Shown: positions 1-11,287, counted from the first letter of the stretch. The stretch is DNA of 64,000 bases from Sphingomonas sp. (GCF_036388215.1 NZ_DASVSH010000031.1:90675-154674), one strand, 5' to 3'. Numbers and translations: made by a program. Notes: a model not told the origin generated them from the letters alone.

Positions 1-1
1 G

Positions 2-1432
2 GCGATCAGCATAGACGGCCGTCCGTTGCGCCCGGCCATGTGGAGCAATCCCGAAGGTCGCCTTGCGATCCGGCTCCCCCGCCGGCTGCGCGCCGGCCAG
101 CGCGTAAACGTCCGCATCGCTTATGGCGGCACACCGCATGTGGCGGTGCGCGCGCCGTGGGATGACGGCATCGTCTGGGCCAAGACGCCCGATGGCGAGC
201 CCTGGGTGGCGACCACGGCGGAGGGCTATGGCTGCGACCTGTTCTGGCCCTGCCTCGATTTCCCCAGGGGCGAGCCCGCCATGGTCGATCTCCACATAAC
301 CGTGCCCGCGGGACTGAAGGCCCCGGCCAACGGCACGTTGCAGAAGATCGATACCCTGCCCGACGGGCGCACGACCTGGCACTGGAAGGCCCGCAGCCCC
401 AATCCCTATTCCGTCACGCTCCAGGTCGGGCCGTACAAGGATCTCGGAGCCGTCTATCAGAGCCGCTTCGGCAACAAGATTCCGATGGCTTATTGGTATC
501 TGCCCGGGCGCGACAAAAAAGCCGCGGCCTTGTTCGCCGAGTTCGCTCCGACGATGGACTTCTTCGAGAAGATGATCGGCCCCTATCCCTGGGCCGACGA
601 GAAGGTCGCGATCGCCGACACGCCGCATCTCGGCATGGAGCATCAGACGATCAACGCCTATGGCAACAACTACAAGAAAACGCCGAGCGGCTTCGACGAG
701 ATCTTTCAGCATGAGCTCGCGCACGAATGGTTCGGCAACCAGATGTCGGCGGCCAATTGGGACGATTACTGGCTCCACGAAGGCTATGCGCAATATATGC
801 AGCCACTCTACGGCCGCTGGCGCGAGGGCGAGGCTCGGTACGCCACGATGATGGACGAGTTTCGCCAGCAGATTCAGAACCACGCGCCGATCGTCTCGAG
901 CCGGATCATGACCGAGGAAGAGGTCTATGAAGACGAAAAAGGCGGCCCGGGCCAGGACATCTACACCAAGGGCGCCTGGGTGCTCCACACGCTGCGCAAC
1001 CTGATCGGAGACGACAGGTTCTTCGAAGTGACGCGGCGGCTGGTCTATGGCCGGCCCGACCCCAGGCCGGGAAATTTCCAGCCGCGCTTCGCCTCTACGC
1101 CCGAATATATCCAGATCGTCAATCAGGTGACGGGCAAGGACATGAACTGGTTCTTCGACGTCTATCTGAAGCAGGCCGCGCTTCCCGAGCTGAACGGCAG
1201 CACCAAGGGTAATGCAATGACGCTCCGCTGGAAGGCGCCGGGCGGCAAGCCCTTTCCCATGCCTATCGAAGTATCGATCGACGGCCGGGTCCAGCTAGTC
1301 GAAATGCCGGGCGGCACGGCGACGATCCAGGTTCCGGAGGGTGCGCATCTTGTCGTCGATCCGGCGTCTCGGACCCTGCGTCGTTCCAGCGCCGTAGAGG
1401 ATTTCCAGAATTACGTGTTCAGGAGGGGGTGA
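2..1432 (+). CDS. M1-family zinc aminopeptidase, 5'-truncated by window edge
   Basis: HELAHEWFGN..W..YWLHEG (HEXXH-X18-E) and GMEHQT (GAMEN-like) motifs; the frame is open back to base 2, so the true start lies upstream. Confidence 0.9.
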   Translation, partial: AISIDGRPLRPAMWSNPEGRLAIRLPRRLRAGQRVNVRIAYGGTPHVAVRAPWDDGIVWAKTPDGEPWVATTAEGYGCDLFWPCLDFPRGEPAMVDLHITVPAGLKAPANGTLQKIDTLPDGRTTWHWKARSPNPYSVTLQVGPYKDLGAVYQSRFGNKIPMAYWYLPGRDKKAAALFAEFAPTMDFFEKMIGPYPWADEKVAIADTPHLGMEHQTINAYGNNYKKTPSGFDEIFQHELAHEWFGNQMSAANWDDYWLHEGYAQYMQPLYGRWREGEARYATMMDEFRQQIQNHAPIVSSRIMTEEEVYEDEKGGPGQDIYTKGAWVLHTLRNLIGDDRFFEVTRRLVYGRPDPRPGNFQPRFASTPEYIQIVNQVTGKDMNWFFDVYLKQAALPELNGSTKGNAMTLRWKAPGGKPFPMPIEVSIDGRVQLVEMPGGTATIQVPEGAHLVVDPASRTLRRSSAVEDFQNYVFRRG

Positions 1433-1563
1433 ACGCTCGCGGAGCGATCTTTTGTGCCGATATGCGCAAGTATCCCTTCCATAGAATTGACTCGGTTGGG
1501 TTCCGGCGGCACCAACGAGGGGGGCGAGCCGATTTGAGCTCTCCTAAACCAGGGGGATTTTTC

Positions 1564-1995
1564 GTGCGTAGAATTCTTGCATATTCGGTCATTTGCGCCG
1601 CCAGCGCCTTTGCATTCGTCCCTTCCGCCGCAGCGCAGACGGCGTGCGTAGCCGGGCCCTTCATGGTCTTCTTCGATGCCAATAGCGACAAGCTGACGCC
1701 AGTGGCCGAGGCCATTCTGGACAATGCCGCAGCAGCCTATCAGACATGCGGCCAGGCGCAGGTCATGATTGCCGGGCATACCGACCGGAAGGGCGACGAC
1801 CAGTATAATGTCGGCCTGTCGCAGCGCATAGCGGCCAACGTGCGCTCCTATCTTGCGGGCAGGGGGATTCCCGATGGCGTGATGACGACTGAAGCGTTCG
1901 GCGAAAGCCGGCCCTTGGTCGAAACCGCCGACGGGGTCGGCGAGCCCCAGAACCGGCGCGCCGAAATCACCTTCGGGCCCGGCAGCGGCTGGTAA
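1564..1995 (+). CDS. OmpA-family peptidoglycan-binding protein, secreted
   Basis: VFFDANSDKL, IAGHTDRKG, YNVGLSQR..A, FGESRP, QNRRAEI OmpA C-domain motifs; GTG at 1564 gives a signal peptide (MRRILAYSVICAASAFAFVPSAAAQ). Confidence 0.9.
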   Translation: MRRILAYSVICAASAFAFVPSAAAQTACVAGPFMVFFDANSDKLTPVAEAILDNAAAAYQTCGQAQVMIAGHTDRKGDDQYNVGLSQRIAANVRSYLAGRGIPDGVMTTEAFGESRPLVETADGVGEPQNRRAEITFGPGSGW

Positions 1996-2002
1996 TGGTT
2001 CA

Positions 2003-2031
2003 CCGGCGGGGGGGGCGACCTCCCGCCGGTC
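2003..2031. terminator. GC hairpin between convergent ompA-like and membrane genes
   Basis: ACCGGCGGG...CCCGCCGGT inverted repeat just after the stop at 1995. Confidence 0.5.
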
Positions 2032-2048
2032 AAGTCCGACGCGGGAGC

Positions 2049-2708
2049 TCAAGCGCTGGGCCTGAGCCGCATCAGCCAGGCCAGAAAGAAGGCGAGCGCT
2101 ACCTGCCATGGCAAGTGCACGCACTCGAACCAGAAGATGAAGCGCGAGGGCTTGAAGGGCATTTCGAGCGCCTGCGTCATCAGCAACCCGTGTGCCATCC
2201 CAAAGCCCGCGAGCAGCGTGAGTAGTGCGATACCCAGTAATATGATGGCGCGTGTCGCCCGCGTAAGCGGCGCCAGGCGTATCCAGACAAGCAGCGAAAA
2301 GGCGAGCGCGCTCCCGGCGAACCCGCCGATCGCTCCCGTGGCGAAATCGCGCGCATAATCGCTCGGGTCGGGTTCGAGCGGAAAGTTCACCACCCCATAT
2401 CGCCAGGCCAGATTGTTGGCGACGATATGAGAGAAGCTCAGCATTAGCATGAAATAGAATACGCGCCGCAGCCATCCGCGCTGCCGCGCGCTGGTGAACA
2501 GATAGGGCAGCCCGAAGAGCGGCGTCAGGTAAAGGCTGGGCCCGACGACAGGCGCGAGCGCGTCCTTCGGGTCGGGATAGAGCAACAGCGCGATCGCAAG
2601 CGCCACCGCATAGACCACCGCCCCGATGAGCAGCCAGACGAACGCATGCCAGAAGCGGACGCGCCGGCGGCGCGCATGCGCCTGTCCAAGTGGATCGACG
2701 GCTGTCAA
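2049..2708 (-). CDS. Hypothetical integral membrane protein (~6 TM)
   Basis: 219-aa ORF with several hydrophobic segments, directly downstream of clpX on the same strand. Confidence 0.7.
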   Translation of the reverse strand: MTAVDPLGQAHARRRRVRFWHAFVWLLIGAVVYAVALAIALLLYPDPKDALAPVVGPSLYLTPLFGLPYLFTSARQRGWLRRVFYFMLMLSFSHIVANNLAWRYGVVNFPLEPDPSDYARDFATGAIGGFAGSALAFSLLVWIRLAPLTRATRAIILLGIALLTLLAGFGMAHGLLMTQALEMPFKPSRFIFWFECVHLPWQVALAFFLAWLMRLRPSA

Positions 2709-2730
2709 CTAACGAGCCGCCAAAGGCCGA

Positions 2731-3987
<1,257 letters not shown>

Positions 3988-4125
3988 AAATCCACTTACC
4001 TGTTGTCCCCACCGCAATGCAGCGGGCTCGTTATACTACCGGGCGTTCCGCGCCTTGAACCGAAGGATTTCCCGCCATCGCGCAATATGTCTATCCCCGC
4101 AAAGGAAACAAGCATTGTATAGCCT

Positions 4126-5643
4126 TTAAGGCGTTACTGAAATAGCAATGGGCCAGAGCTTTTCGGGAAGCTCGCGCGCGACCTTGTCGAATGCGGCGCG
4201 CACTTCCGTCCGGGCCAGCAGCTTGAGCCACGCCTGTTTGTTGGTCATATCGCCGCTGCGGACCCGCAAGGCCCCGATCGGTTGCAGCCGTGCGATCGCT
4301 TCGCCCAGTTCCTCGCCGCTGCCCAGCCATTCGGTGAGAGTCGCCGCGGCCCGCTCGGTCCGTCCCGCACAAAGCAACGCATCGATTGTCATAGCGCGGG
4401 AATCCGACGTGTTGGCAAGCAGTTCCACGAGCGCCGCATCGGGCAGCATCGTTTGCGATTGCCCCTGTGCGACGCAAACTTGCATCCAGCGGATCATCTG
4501 GCGCGCATAGGCGCTGGCATATTTCAGATATTTGGAGCCCGCGTCCGCGACGAGGGGAGCCGCTGCCGCCCAATCGCGCTGCGCGATCCTAGCTGCCGCC
4601 CGGTTCAGGATCATTCCGATCAGCCAGTCATTCTTCTCGATGTCGATAACCAGGAGCGAAGCCCAGCGCTGGTCGGCTTCGTCATAACGCCCCATTTCCA
4701 CCAGACCGTTTGCGTGCTCGTCGACCGCCCAAGCATCACGGTCGGTCAGCTTCGGGATGTCCGAGGGCGACGACGCGATCAGCATGCCTACCGCATTGGC
4801 CTCAGCGTGGCGATTAGCCAGCCGATATGCGCGCATCAGCGCATGCAGCGACGCCGAATCGTTTCCGCGTGCCGCTGCCGACTTGCGCGCCGATTGGACT
4901 GCGGCCTCCTGCAAATTCGCCATATGCGGACCCGCCGCGGCTTCGATGACGGGCCAGGAGGCGGCAAATCGCCGGTCGGTGAGTATGCCTTCTATCTGGT
5001 CGCGATCCTCGATCCGCTCGATGTAATTCGCTGCGAGCCCGGCGTCGCCGCGCTTAATGGCGATGGTAGCGGCTTCCTTGGCAAGGTCCCAGCGCACGCT
5101 GAGGTCGCCCGCGCCATAGTCCGCACGTGCGAGCGCCAATGCCAGATCCTCATACTCCTTGGTAAGTTTGCCCTGCACGCCCAACGACAAGGCGGCGGTA
5201 ACAAGCTCCCGCTGGTCCAAGGTCAGCCAGGCGGGGTGTTGCTCGGCTATGCGGATCATCGGACGAAGGACGAACTCCGGGCGTCCGAACGAGAGCCCTG
5301 CGCGGACCTCCATCAGGTGCACGTCGCGGACATCCGGCGCGACGGCCCGGGCCTCTCTGAACTCGGCTATAGCGGCCCCGGTCTCGCCCTGCCCTACCAG
5401 CACTGCCGCGCGAATTGCGAGCGCGAAGCCGCGTTGCCGTGCGTCTAGCGGGCGCTTAAGGAGGGCATCGAGCGCCGCGCGGGCCTCGGCCAGCCGACCT
5501 TGAGAAAGGTCGCTGACCGACTGGTTCAGTGACTCCTCAAACGAGGCATTGGGCGCGGTCTGCGCGCCCACCGGCATCGCGCAGAAGAGCAGTGCCGCAG
5601 CAAATGCCCGCATCGCAAAGCCTGCCTGCGCGGAAAGCCTCAA
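4126..5643 (-). CDS. Secreted TPR-like alpha-helical hypothetical protein
   Basis: 505-aa ORF with signal-peptide-like N-terminus ([18 protein letters not shown] from alternative ATG at 5613) and Ala/Leu-rich helical repeats; TTG start overlaps the clpP stop (TTGA). Confidence 0.7.
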   Translation of the reverse strand: MRLSAQAGFAMRAFAAALLFCAMPVGAQTAPNASFEESLNQSVSDLSQGRLAEARAALDALLKRPLDARQRGFALAIRAAVLVGQGETGAAIAEFREARAVAPDVRDVHLMEVRAGLSFGRPEFVLRPMIRIAEQHPAWLTLDQRELVTAALSLGVQGKLTKEYEDLALALARADYGAGDLSVRWDLAKEAATIAIKRGDAGLAANYIERIEDRDQIEGILTDRRFAASWPVIEAAAGPHMANLQEAAVQSARKSAAARGNDSASLHALMRAYRLANRHAEANAVGMLIASSPSDIPKLTDRDAWAVDEHANGLVEMGRYDEADQRWASLLVIDIEKNDWLIGMILNRAAARIAQRDWAAAAPLVADAGSKYLKYASAYARQMIRWMQVCVAQGQSQTMLPDAALVELLANTSDSRAMTIDALLCAGRTERAAATLTEWLGSGEELGEAIARLQPIGALRVRSGDMTNKQAWLKLLARTEVRAAFDKVARELPEKLWPIAISVTP

Positions 5644-6296
5644 GAGGCTGACGCGCCGTCTTCGGCCAGGCCCGGCCGCTTGTCATAAACTTCGTCGACC
5701 AGGCCGAAGGCCTTGGCCTCCTCGGCCTCGAGAAATGTATCGCGGTCCATCGCGGCCTCGATGCGCTCCAATGACTGGCCGGTATATTTTACGTACAATC
5801 CGTTCATTCGATCCTTGATGCGCTGGATTTCCTTCGCCTGGATCTGGATGTCGCTGGCCATGCCCTGCGCGCCGCCCGAGGGCTGGTGGATCATGATCCG
5901 CGCATTGGTGAGCGCCACGCGCAGGCCGGGCTCCCCCGCCGCGAGCAGGAAGCTTCCCATCGACGCGGCCTGGCCGATGCAGACCGTGCCGACGCGCGGG
6001 CGAATATATTGCATCGTGTCGTGGATCGCCATGCCGGCCGTGACGACGCCGCCGGGCGAATTGATGTACATCCAGATGTCCTTCTTCGGATTTTCGGATT
6101 CGAGGAAGAGCAGCTGGGCGGTGATCACCGAGGCCATATGGTCCTCGACGCCACCGGTGATGAAGATGATCCGCTCGCGCAGCAGGCGCGAATAAATATC
6201 GAAGCTGCGCTCGCCGCGGCTGGACTGTTCGATAACGATGGGAACCAGCCCGCCGGTGACGGGGTCAATGGTCATCTGACCTGCAAGCGGATGCAT
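5640..6296 (-). CDS. clpP: ATP-dependent Clp protease proteolytic subunit
   Basis: [30 protein letters not shown] (Ser), MIHQP (His), DRD (Asp); alternative start at 6275. Confidence 0.99.
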   Translation of the reverse strand: MHPLAGQMTIDPVTGGLVPIVIEQSSRGERSFDIYSRLLRERIIFITGGVEDHMASVITAQLLFLESENPKKDIWMYINSPGGVVTAGMAIHDTMQYIRPRVGTVCIGQAASMGSFLLAAGEPGLRVALTNARIMIHQPSGGAQGMASDIQIQAKEIQRIKDRMNGLYVKYTGQSLERIEAAMDRDTFLEAEEAKAFGLVDEVYDKRPGLAEDGASAS

Positions 6297-6334
6297 AAGG
6301 AGAAATCTCGATCTTTGTGTTTTGCCCGATCACA

Positions 6335-6363
6335 ACATCGGCGCTTGGTTAGCGCGGCGCAAG
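6335..6363 (-). promoter_or_regulatory. Putative RpoH (sigma32) promoter of clpP
   Basis: Minus strand CTTG-N18-CCGATGT, matching the alphaproteobacterial RpoH pattern CTTG-N17/18-CCNATNT. Confidence 0.5.
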
Positions 6364-6436
6364 GGGTGAACGCAGTGAACCACCGCACTTAACGCGACTA
6401 TTGCTCCTGCGGTCACGAAGACGCACATTGTTACGC

Positions 6437-7444
6437 ATGAGCAAGGTTCTAGTCACCGGGGGTTCGGGTTTCGTCGGAAGCCATGTCATCCTCCAACTTC
6501 TCGCCGCCGGGCACATGGTCCGCACCACGGTCCGCAGCCCCAGTCGCGAGGCGGAGATTCGCGCGACGCTCGAACGAGCCGGAGCCGACACGCATCGACT
6601 GGGCTTCGCGGTCGCCGACCTCGACAATGACTCCGGCTGGGCGGAGTCCGCGGCGGACTGCGACTATGTCCAGCACGTCGCCTCCCCCTTCCCGCTCACT
6701 CAGCCGCAGGACGAGCAGGAACTGATCCGCCCCGCGGTAAACGGCACGCTACGCGTATTGCGCGCGGCGCGCGATGCCGGCGTCAGGCGCGTCGTGCTCA
6801 CTTCGTCCTTCGCGGCGATCGGCTACGGCCAGGGGGCGCGAGACGGCGTGTATACCGAGGCGGACTGGACCGATGTGGATGGCCCGGGGGTGCAGCCCTA
6901 TATGAAATCCAAGACGCTGGCCGAACGCGCGGCATGGGATTTCATCGGGCGCGAAGGCGGCGGGATGGAGCTGGCGGTAGTAAACCCCGTGGGCATTTTC
7001 GGCCCCGCGCTGAGCCAAAACCTGTCCACCTCAATCGAACTCGTTCGCCGCATGATGACGGGCAAGCTCCCCGGCACTCCTGATTTGTGGTTCGGCGTCA
7101 TCGATGTGCGTGACGTCGCGAGCCTTCAGCTAGTGGCGATGACTCACCCCGATGCGAAGAACCAGCGCTTCCTCGCGGTGGCCGGAGAGCCCGTTTCGCT
7201 CCACCAGATGGCGCTGATCCTCCACGATCACATGCGCACCAGGGTTCCTCGCCGGCTGCCGAGCTGGCTGGTCCGCACCCTCGCGCTCTTCAATCCGATG
7301 GCGCGCGAAGCATCCCCCCGGCTGGGCGTCCGCGGCCGCGCGAGCAACGAAAGGGCCCGCGCGCTGGGTTGGGAGCCGCGTTCCAATGAGGAAGCCGTGG
7401 TGGCGACGGCGGAGAGTCTGAAGGCATTGAATTTGATTCCTTGA
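6437..7444 (+). CDS. NAD-dependent epimerase/dehydratase (aldehyde reductase / dihydroflavonol-reductase-like extended SDR)
   Basis: VLVTGGSGFVG, HVASP, VLTSS, YMKSK motifs. Confidence 0.9.
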   Translation: MSKVLVTGGSGFVGSHVILQLLAAGHMVRTTVRSPSREAEIRATLERAGADTHRLGFAVADLDNDSGWAESAADCDYVQHVASPFPLTQPQDEQELIRPAVNGTLRVLRAARDAGVRRVVLTSSFAAIGYGQGARDGVYTEADWTDVDGPGVQPYMKSKTLAERAAWDFIGREGGGMELAVVNPVGIFGPALSQNLSTSIELVRRMMTGKLPGTPDLWFGVIDVRDVASLQLVAMTHPDAKNQRFLAVAGEPVSLHQMALILHDHMRTRVPRRLPSWLVRTLALFNPMAREASPRLGVRGRASNERARALGWEPRSNEEAVVATAESLKALNLIP

Positions 7445-7496
7445 TAAGGAGCAAATGACACCTTATAGGTGCATGCTACTTATCGAGAGCCTCAAG

Positions 7497-7934
7497 ATGT
7501 CCTACTCCGATTTCCTCCATTCGTCCGCCGCAAAGATCATCGCCCCCGTCCTAACGGAGGAAGCGACGATCCGCGAGATGGAGGCGCTGTCGCGCGGCGG
7601 ACGGCCTGCCGTACAGGCGCTGGACGCGCGAATCGCGGGCAAGGTCGATCTCGACCACACCCAGCGCCAGCATGTGGGGCGTTGGATCCGCGATGTGCTT
7701 GGCGCACGCGGGTGGCGGCCTGGGATCAAGCGCAAGCTGACGCGCGGGCGGCTGTTTGCAAGCGGCGCGGTATATGTGCGTGGCGCTGCTCGGCCCGAAC
7801 CCCTGCCTCAACCGTCCACCTCGCTACCCGGCTTGGCTCGCGCCCGGGAACTGGTGCGCCTGCATTCCACGAATTCCTATGGGGTGGATGACTTTATCGC
7901 CGATAAACGCCGCGAGGCCGCGCAAGAACGATGA
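7497..7934 (+). CDS. Putative antitoxin of downstream VapC, atypical 145 aa
   Basis: ATGA overlap with vapC; C-terminus VDDFIADKRREAAQE resembles VapB neutralising tails; alternative start at 7455. Confidence 0.6.
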   Translation: MSYSDFLHSSAAKIIAPVLTEEATIREMEALSRGGRPAVQALDARIAGKVDLDHTQRQHVGRWIRDVLGARGWRPGIKRKLTRGRLFASGAVYVRGAARPEPLPQPSTSLPGLARARELVRLHSTNSYGVDDFIADKRREAAQER

Positions 7935-8317
7935 CCTGCGTCCTCGACGCTTCGGCGGTGCTCGCCATGCTACTGGACGAGCCAGGTGCGGCCGAGGTGC
8001 AGGAGGCGCTTCTCGGCGCATGCATTTCCGCGGTGAATCTGGCGGAAGTCGTCTCGACGCTGGTAAATCGGGGGCTTTCCGGCGCCATCGCCCGCGAAGC
8101 CATTGCTGGTATCGACATCACGACAATCGCGGCGGACCGGGACCAGGCGATCGACGCCGGCATCTTGCGTGCGTTCACTGCACAGGCCGGGCTGTCGCTC
8201 GGGGATCGCTTCTGCCTGTCACTGGCTCGCCGGCTACGGCTGCCCGTGCTTACTGCGGACAGCGCCTGGCGACAGGTCGAGGCGGAAGTCGGGGTTTCCG
8301 TTCACCTTATCCGTTGA
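7931..8317 (+). CDS. vapC: Type II TA system VapC/PIN toxin
   Basis: VLDASAVLA, SAVNLAEV, LSLGDRFC, LTADSAW: all four PIN acidic residues present. Confidence 0.92.
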   Translation: MTCVLDASAVLAMLLDEPGAAEVQEALLGACISAVNLAEVVSTLVNRGLSGAIAREAIAGIDITTIAADRDQAIDAGILRAFTAQAGLSLGDRFCLSLARRLRLPVLTADSAWRQVEAEVGVSVHLIR

Positions 8318-9236
8318 GCGGCCCAGGCTGGCCCAGATATGCCAGCCGCCGCACTTCGCGCCGCCCCCGCACCACCGTATCGAGGATCAGCCCGGTAAAC
8401 AGGTTGAGGAATGCCAGGATCATCAGCCCGGTCGAGAGGATCGCGGTCGGGAAGCGCGGCACGCGGCCGGTTTCCAGGTAAGTGATCACCAGCGGAATGC
8501 TCAGGCCGATCGCGGTCAGCGCGAAGATCGCCGCGATCAGCCCGAAGAAAAGCATCGGCCGCTCGATCCGATAGAGCGTCAGGATGGTCCGCGCGATGCG
8601 CAGCCCGTCGCCATAGGTGCTGAGCTTGGACACCGACCCCGCCAGGCGGGCGAAATAGCGCGTCTCAGCCTCCCCCACCGGCATCTTGAGCTCCAGCGCG
8701 TGCACGCTGATCTCGGTTTCGATCTCGAAGCCCGACGAGAGCACCGGAAAGCTCTTCACGAAGCGTCGCGAAAACACGCGGTAGCCCGAGAAGATATCGG
8801 TGAAGCTGCGCCCGAACAGGCGCGCCAGGATTGCTGTCATCACCCGGTTGCCCAGCACATGGCCGCGCCGATATGCGTCCGACGCCTCATGCACGCGGGT
8901 GCCCACGATCATGTCGAGCCCCTCCCCCGCCACGCGCTCCACCATCGCGGCGGCAGCGGCGGGATCGTAGGTCGCGTCGCCATCGGCCATCACATAGATG
9001 TCCGCGTCGATGTCGGCGAACATCCGGCGGACGACATTGCCCTTCCCCTGCATCCGCTCGCTGCGGACCACGGCCCCGGCGGCGCGCGCGACCTCGATCG
9101 TGCGGTCGCTGCTGTTATTGTCATAGACGTAGACCGTCGCCGAGGGCAGCGCCGCGCGGAACCCGGCGACCGTCTGCGCGATCGCCGCTTCCTCGTTGTA
9201 GCAGGGCAGCAGGACTGCAATGCGCGGTTCGGTCAC
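8307..9236 (-). CDS. Glycosyltransferase family 2 (DPM1/GtrB-like, two C-terminal TM)
   Basis: LLPCYNEE, YDNNSSD, GKGNV, MADGDATY, DIFSGYR; GTG start at 9236. Confidence 0.92.
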   Translation of the reverse strand: MTEPRIAVLLPCYNEEAAIAQTVAGFRAALPSATVYVYDNNSSDRTIEVARAAGAVVRSERMQGKGNVVRRMFADIDADIYVMADGDATYDPAAAAAMVERVAGEGLDMIVGTRVHEASDAYRRGHVLGNRVMTAILARLFGRSFTDIFSGYRVFSRRFVKSFPVLSSGFEIETEISVHALELKMPVGEAETRYFARLAGSVSKLSTYGDGLRIARTILTLYRIERPMLFFGLIAAIFALTAIGLSIPLVITYLETGRVPRFPTAILSTGLMILAFLNLFTGLILDTVVRGRREVRRLAYLGQPGPLNG

Positions 9237-9251
9237 GTCGGTCCCCCTGCT

Positions 9252-9441
9252 CCTCCTCCCCCCTCGCGGGGGAGGATACTGGAGCTTGGCAGCTTGCTGC
9301 CTAGCGGAGGTTGGAGAGGGGGGCGAGTGCAAGCAATCGCGCGGCGCGGAAGCGCCGCTCACCCTCACCCAGCTCCGACTAAGGCCGCGCTGAAGTAGCG
9401 CAACCTAAGTCTGCGCAACCCTCCCCCGTCAAGAGGGAGGG
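9252..9441. repeat. Family-B long modular palindromic element
   Basis: Terminal CCTCCCCC-N-GGGGGAGG hairpins; arms CTAGGCAGCAAGCTGCCAAG (reverse) and GACTAAGG..CCTAAGTCTGCGCAACCCT are shared with copies at 34751, 35455 and 58057. Confidence 0.85.
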
Positions 9442-9450
9442 AAAGCAGAG

Positions 9451-11052
9451 CTACTTCTTCTTCGCCGGCGCCTTCTTGGCCGGCTTCTCGTCGGCAGCTT
9501 CCGCCTTGGCAACGAGCGCCTTCTTGGTCGCGGCCTTCTTCACCGGCTCGACCTCCACCAGTTCGTCTCCAGGTGCGGCGGGCTCGATATCGGCTTTTTC
9601 CACCTTCTTCGGCTTCGCCGCCTTGGGCTCGTCGCTCCTCGCGTCGCTCTTCTTGGCCGCGGCCTTCTTGGCCTTGGGCTTGTGGTTGTCGTGATCGTGC
9701 GTGTGGGTGCCGGTGTCGAAGCCCTCCTCGCTCTCGATTGCGGCTTCCAACTCCTCGCGAGTCACTTCGCGATCGCTGATCTCGGCCTTTTCGAACAGGT
9801 AATCGACGACCTTGTCTTCGAACAGCGGCGCGCGGAGCTGGGCCGCGGCCATCGGCTCCTGGCGGATATACTGGAAGAAGCGCTCGCGGTCGGCGGCGTT
9901 ATATTGCTGCGCGGCCTGTGCGATCAGCTGGTTCATCTCGTTCTGGTTGACTTCGACGCCATTGGCGTTGCCGATCTCCGAGAGCAACAACCCCAGCCGC
10001 ACGCGACGCTCGGCGATCGCCAGATACTCGCCGCGCTCATTATCGAGTTCCGCCTTCGCCGCCTCCACATCGGGCTCGTGCTCGGCTTCGTGCTGGAGCT
10101 GATGCCAGATCTGCTGGAATTCGGCGTCGACCATGGAGGGCGGCACCGGGAAATCATGCCCTGCGGCGAGCTGATCGAGCAGCTTGCGCTTCATGTGCGT
10201 GCGGGTGAGGCCGTTGAGCTGCTGCTCGATCTGCCCCTTCAACAGGCCGGTCAGCTGCTCCAGGCTCTGGAGCCCGAGTTGCTTGGCGAAATCATCGTCG
10301 ATCTTGCTCTCGCCCGCGGTCTGCACCTTGGTGATCTTGAGCGCGAACTGCGCCGGCTTGCCCGCAAGATCCTTCTGGCCGTAATCCTCGGGGAAGGTCA
10401 CGTCGATCGTCTTCTCGTCGCCCGCCTTCACCCCGACAAGCTGGTCTTCGAAACCCGGGATAAGCCGGCCGGAGCCGATCTCGACCGCCATGTCGGTGCC
10501 CGTGCCGCCGTCGAACGCGACGCCGTCCACCGAACCGGCGAAATCCATCACGACCTGGTCACCGGTGGCGGCCTCGTGCTTGGCCGGCGCGTCGTTCCAC
10601 GATTTCTGCTGGCTCGCGAGCTGCGCGAGCTGCGCGTTGACCGCGGCTTCGTCGGCCGGAACCGTCAACCGCTCCAGCTTGATGCCGTCGATCAAAGGCG
10701 TCGGCACGTCCGGGAGCACTTCGAGCTCGACCTTTACCTCGGCATCCTCGCCGGGCGCGTATTCGCCTTCCAGGCTCACCGAAGGCTGCATCGCGGGGCG
10801 CAGCTTCTGGTCGGCGATCAGCTTCTGCACGCCTTCCTGAATCGAATTGTTGAGCGCATCCTGCGCCAGGGCCTCTCCGTGCATCTTGCGGATCAGGTTC
10901 GCGGGCACCTTGCCGGGGCGAAAGCCGGGCATCTTGATCGTGGGGGCCACGCGCTTCACTTCGGCATCGACTTTCGAATCGATATCCTTGGCGGTGATCT
11001 TGAGCGTGAAGGCGCGCTTGAGGCCCTCGTTCAACGTCTCGACAGTCTGCAT
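9451..11052 (-). CDS. tig: Trigger factor with His-rich and Lys/Ala-rich C-terminal tail
   Basis: MPGFRPGKVP signature, FKBP domain (IPGFEDQL, VTFPEDY), ERRVRLGLLL. Confidence 0.99.
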   Translation of the reverse strand: MQTVETLNEGLKRAFTLKITAKDIDSKVDAEVKRVAPTIKMPGFRPGKVPANLIRKMHGEALAQDALNNSIQEGVQKLIADQKLRPAMQPSVSLEGEYAPGEDAEVKVELEVLPDVPTPLIDGIKLERLTVPADEAAVNAQLAQLASQQKSWNDAPAKHEAATGDQVVMDFAGSVDGVAFDGGTGTDMAVEIGSGRLIPGFEDQLVGVKAGDEKTIDVTFPEDYGQKDLAGKPAQFALKITKVQTAGESKIDDDFAKQLGLQSLEQLTGLLKGQIEQQLNGLTRTHMKRKLLDQLAAGHDFPVPPSMVDAEFQQIWHQLQHEAEHEPDVEAAKAELDNERGEYLAIAERRVRLGLLLSEIGNANGVEVNQNEMNQLIAQAAQQYNAADRERFFQYIRQEPMAAAQLRAPLFEDKVVDYLFEKAEISDREVTREELEAAIESEEGFDTGTHTHDHDNHKPKAKKAAAKKSDARSDEPKAAKPKKVEKADIEPAAPGDELVEVEPVKKAATKKALVAKAEAADEKPAKKAPAKKK

Positions 11053-11117
11053 TTCTGAAGCTTCCAACTAGAAAGGGATTCGCGGCGCCGAGGACGCTGA
11101 TCAAGAGCGGCGGTGCC

Positions 11118-11202
11118 TGGTGCGGGCGAAGGGACTCGAACCCCCACACCTTTCGATACCAGAACCTAAATCTGGCGCGTCTACCAGTTCCGCCACGCCC
11201 GC
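11118..11202 (-). tRNA. tRNA-Leu (anticodon TAG)
   Basis: GCGGGCGTGGCGGAACTGGTAGACGCGCCAGATTTAGGTTCTGG...GGTTCGAGTCCCTTCGCCCGCACCA: 85 nt, long variable arm, encoded CCA. Confidence 0.98.
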
Positions 11203-11262
11203 AGGGGCACCGCCGGTCGGGCGGCTCTATAGCAATCAGGCGAGCGGGGGCAAGGGTGCCAA

Positions 11263-11287
11263 GCAACTTGGGGCGCTGCACGGCGTT
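11263..11287 (+). promoter_or_regulatory. Putative EcfG/SigT general-stress promoter
   Basis: GCAAC-N16-CGTT, 24 nt upstream of ATG 11312 with a GGAGAG RBS. Confidence 0.55.

Noticed and set aside
9682-11058. Long antisense ORFs (e.g. 9682-11058, 3172-3951, 15447-16406, 32959-34200, 43506-44285, 61088-62053)
   Set aside because: They are shadow frames of high-GC genes with clear identities on the opposite strand, and they show no motifs.
11053-11260. tRNA-Leu as an integration site for a genomic island
   Set aside because: No integrase and no duplicated tRNA 3' end were seen, and tig follows directly.
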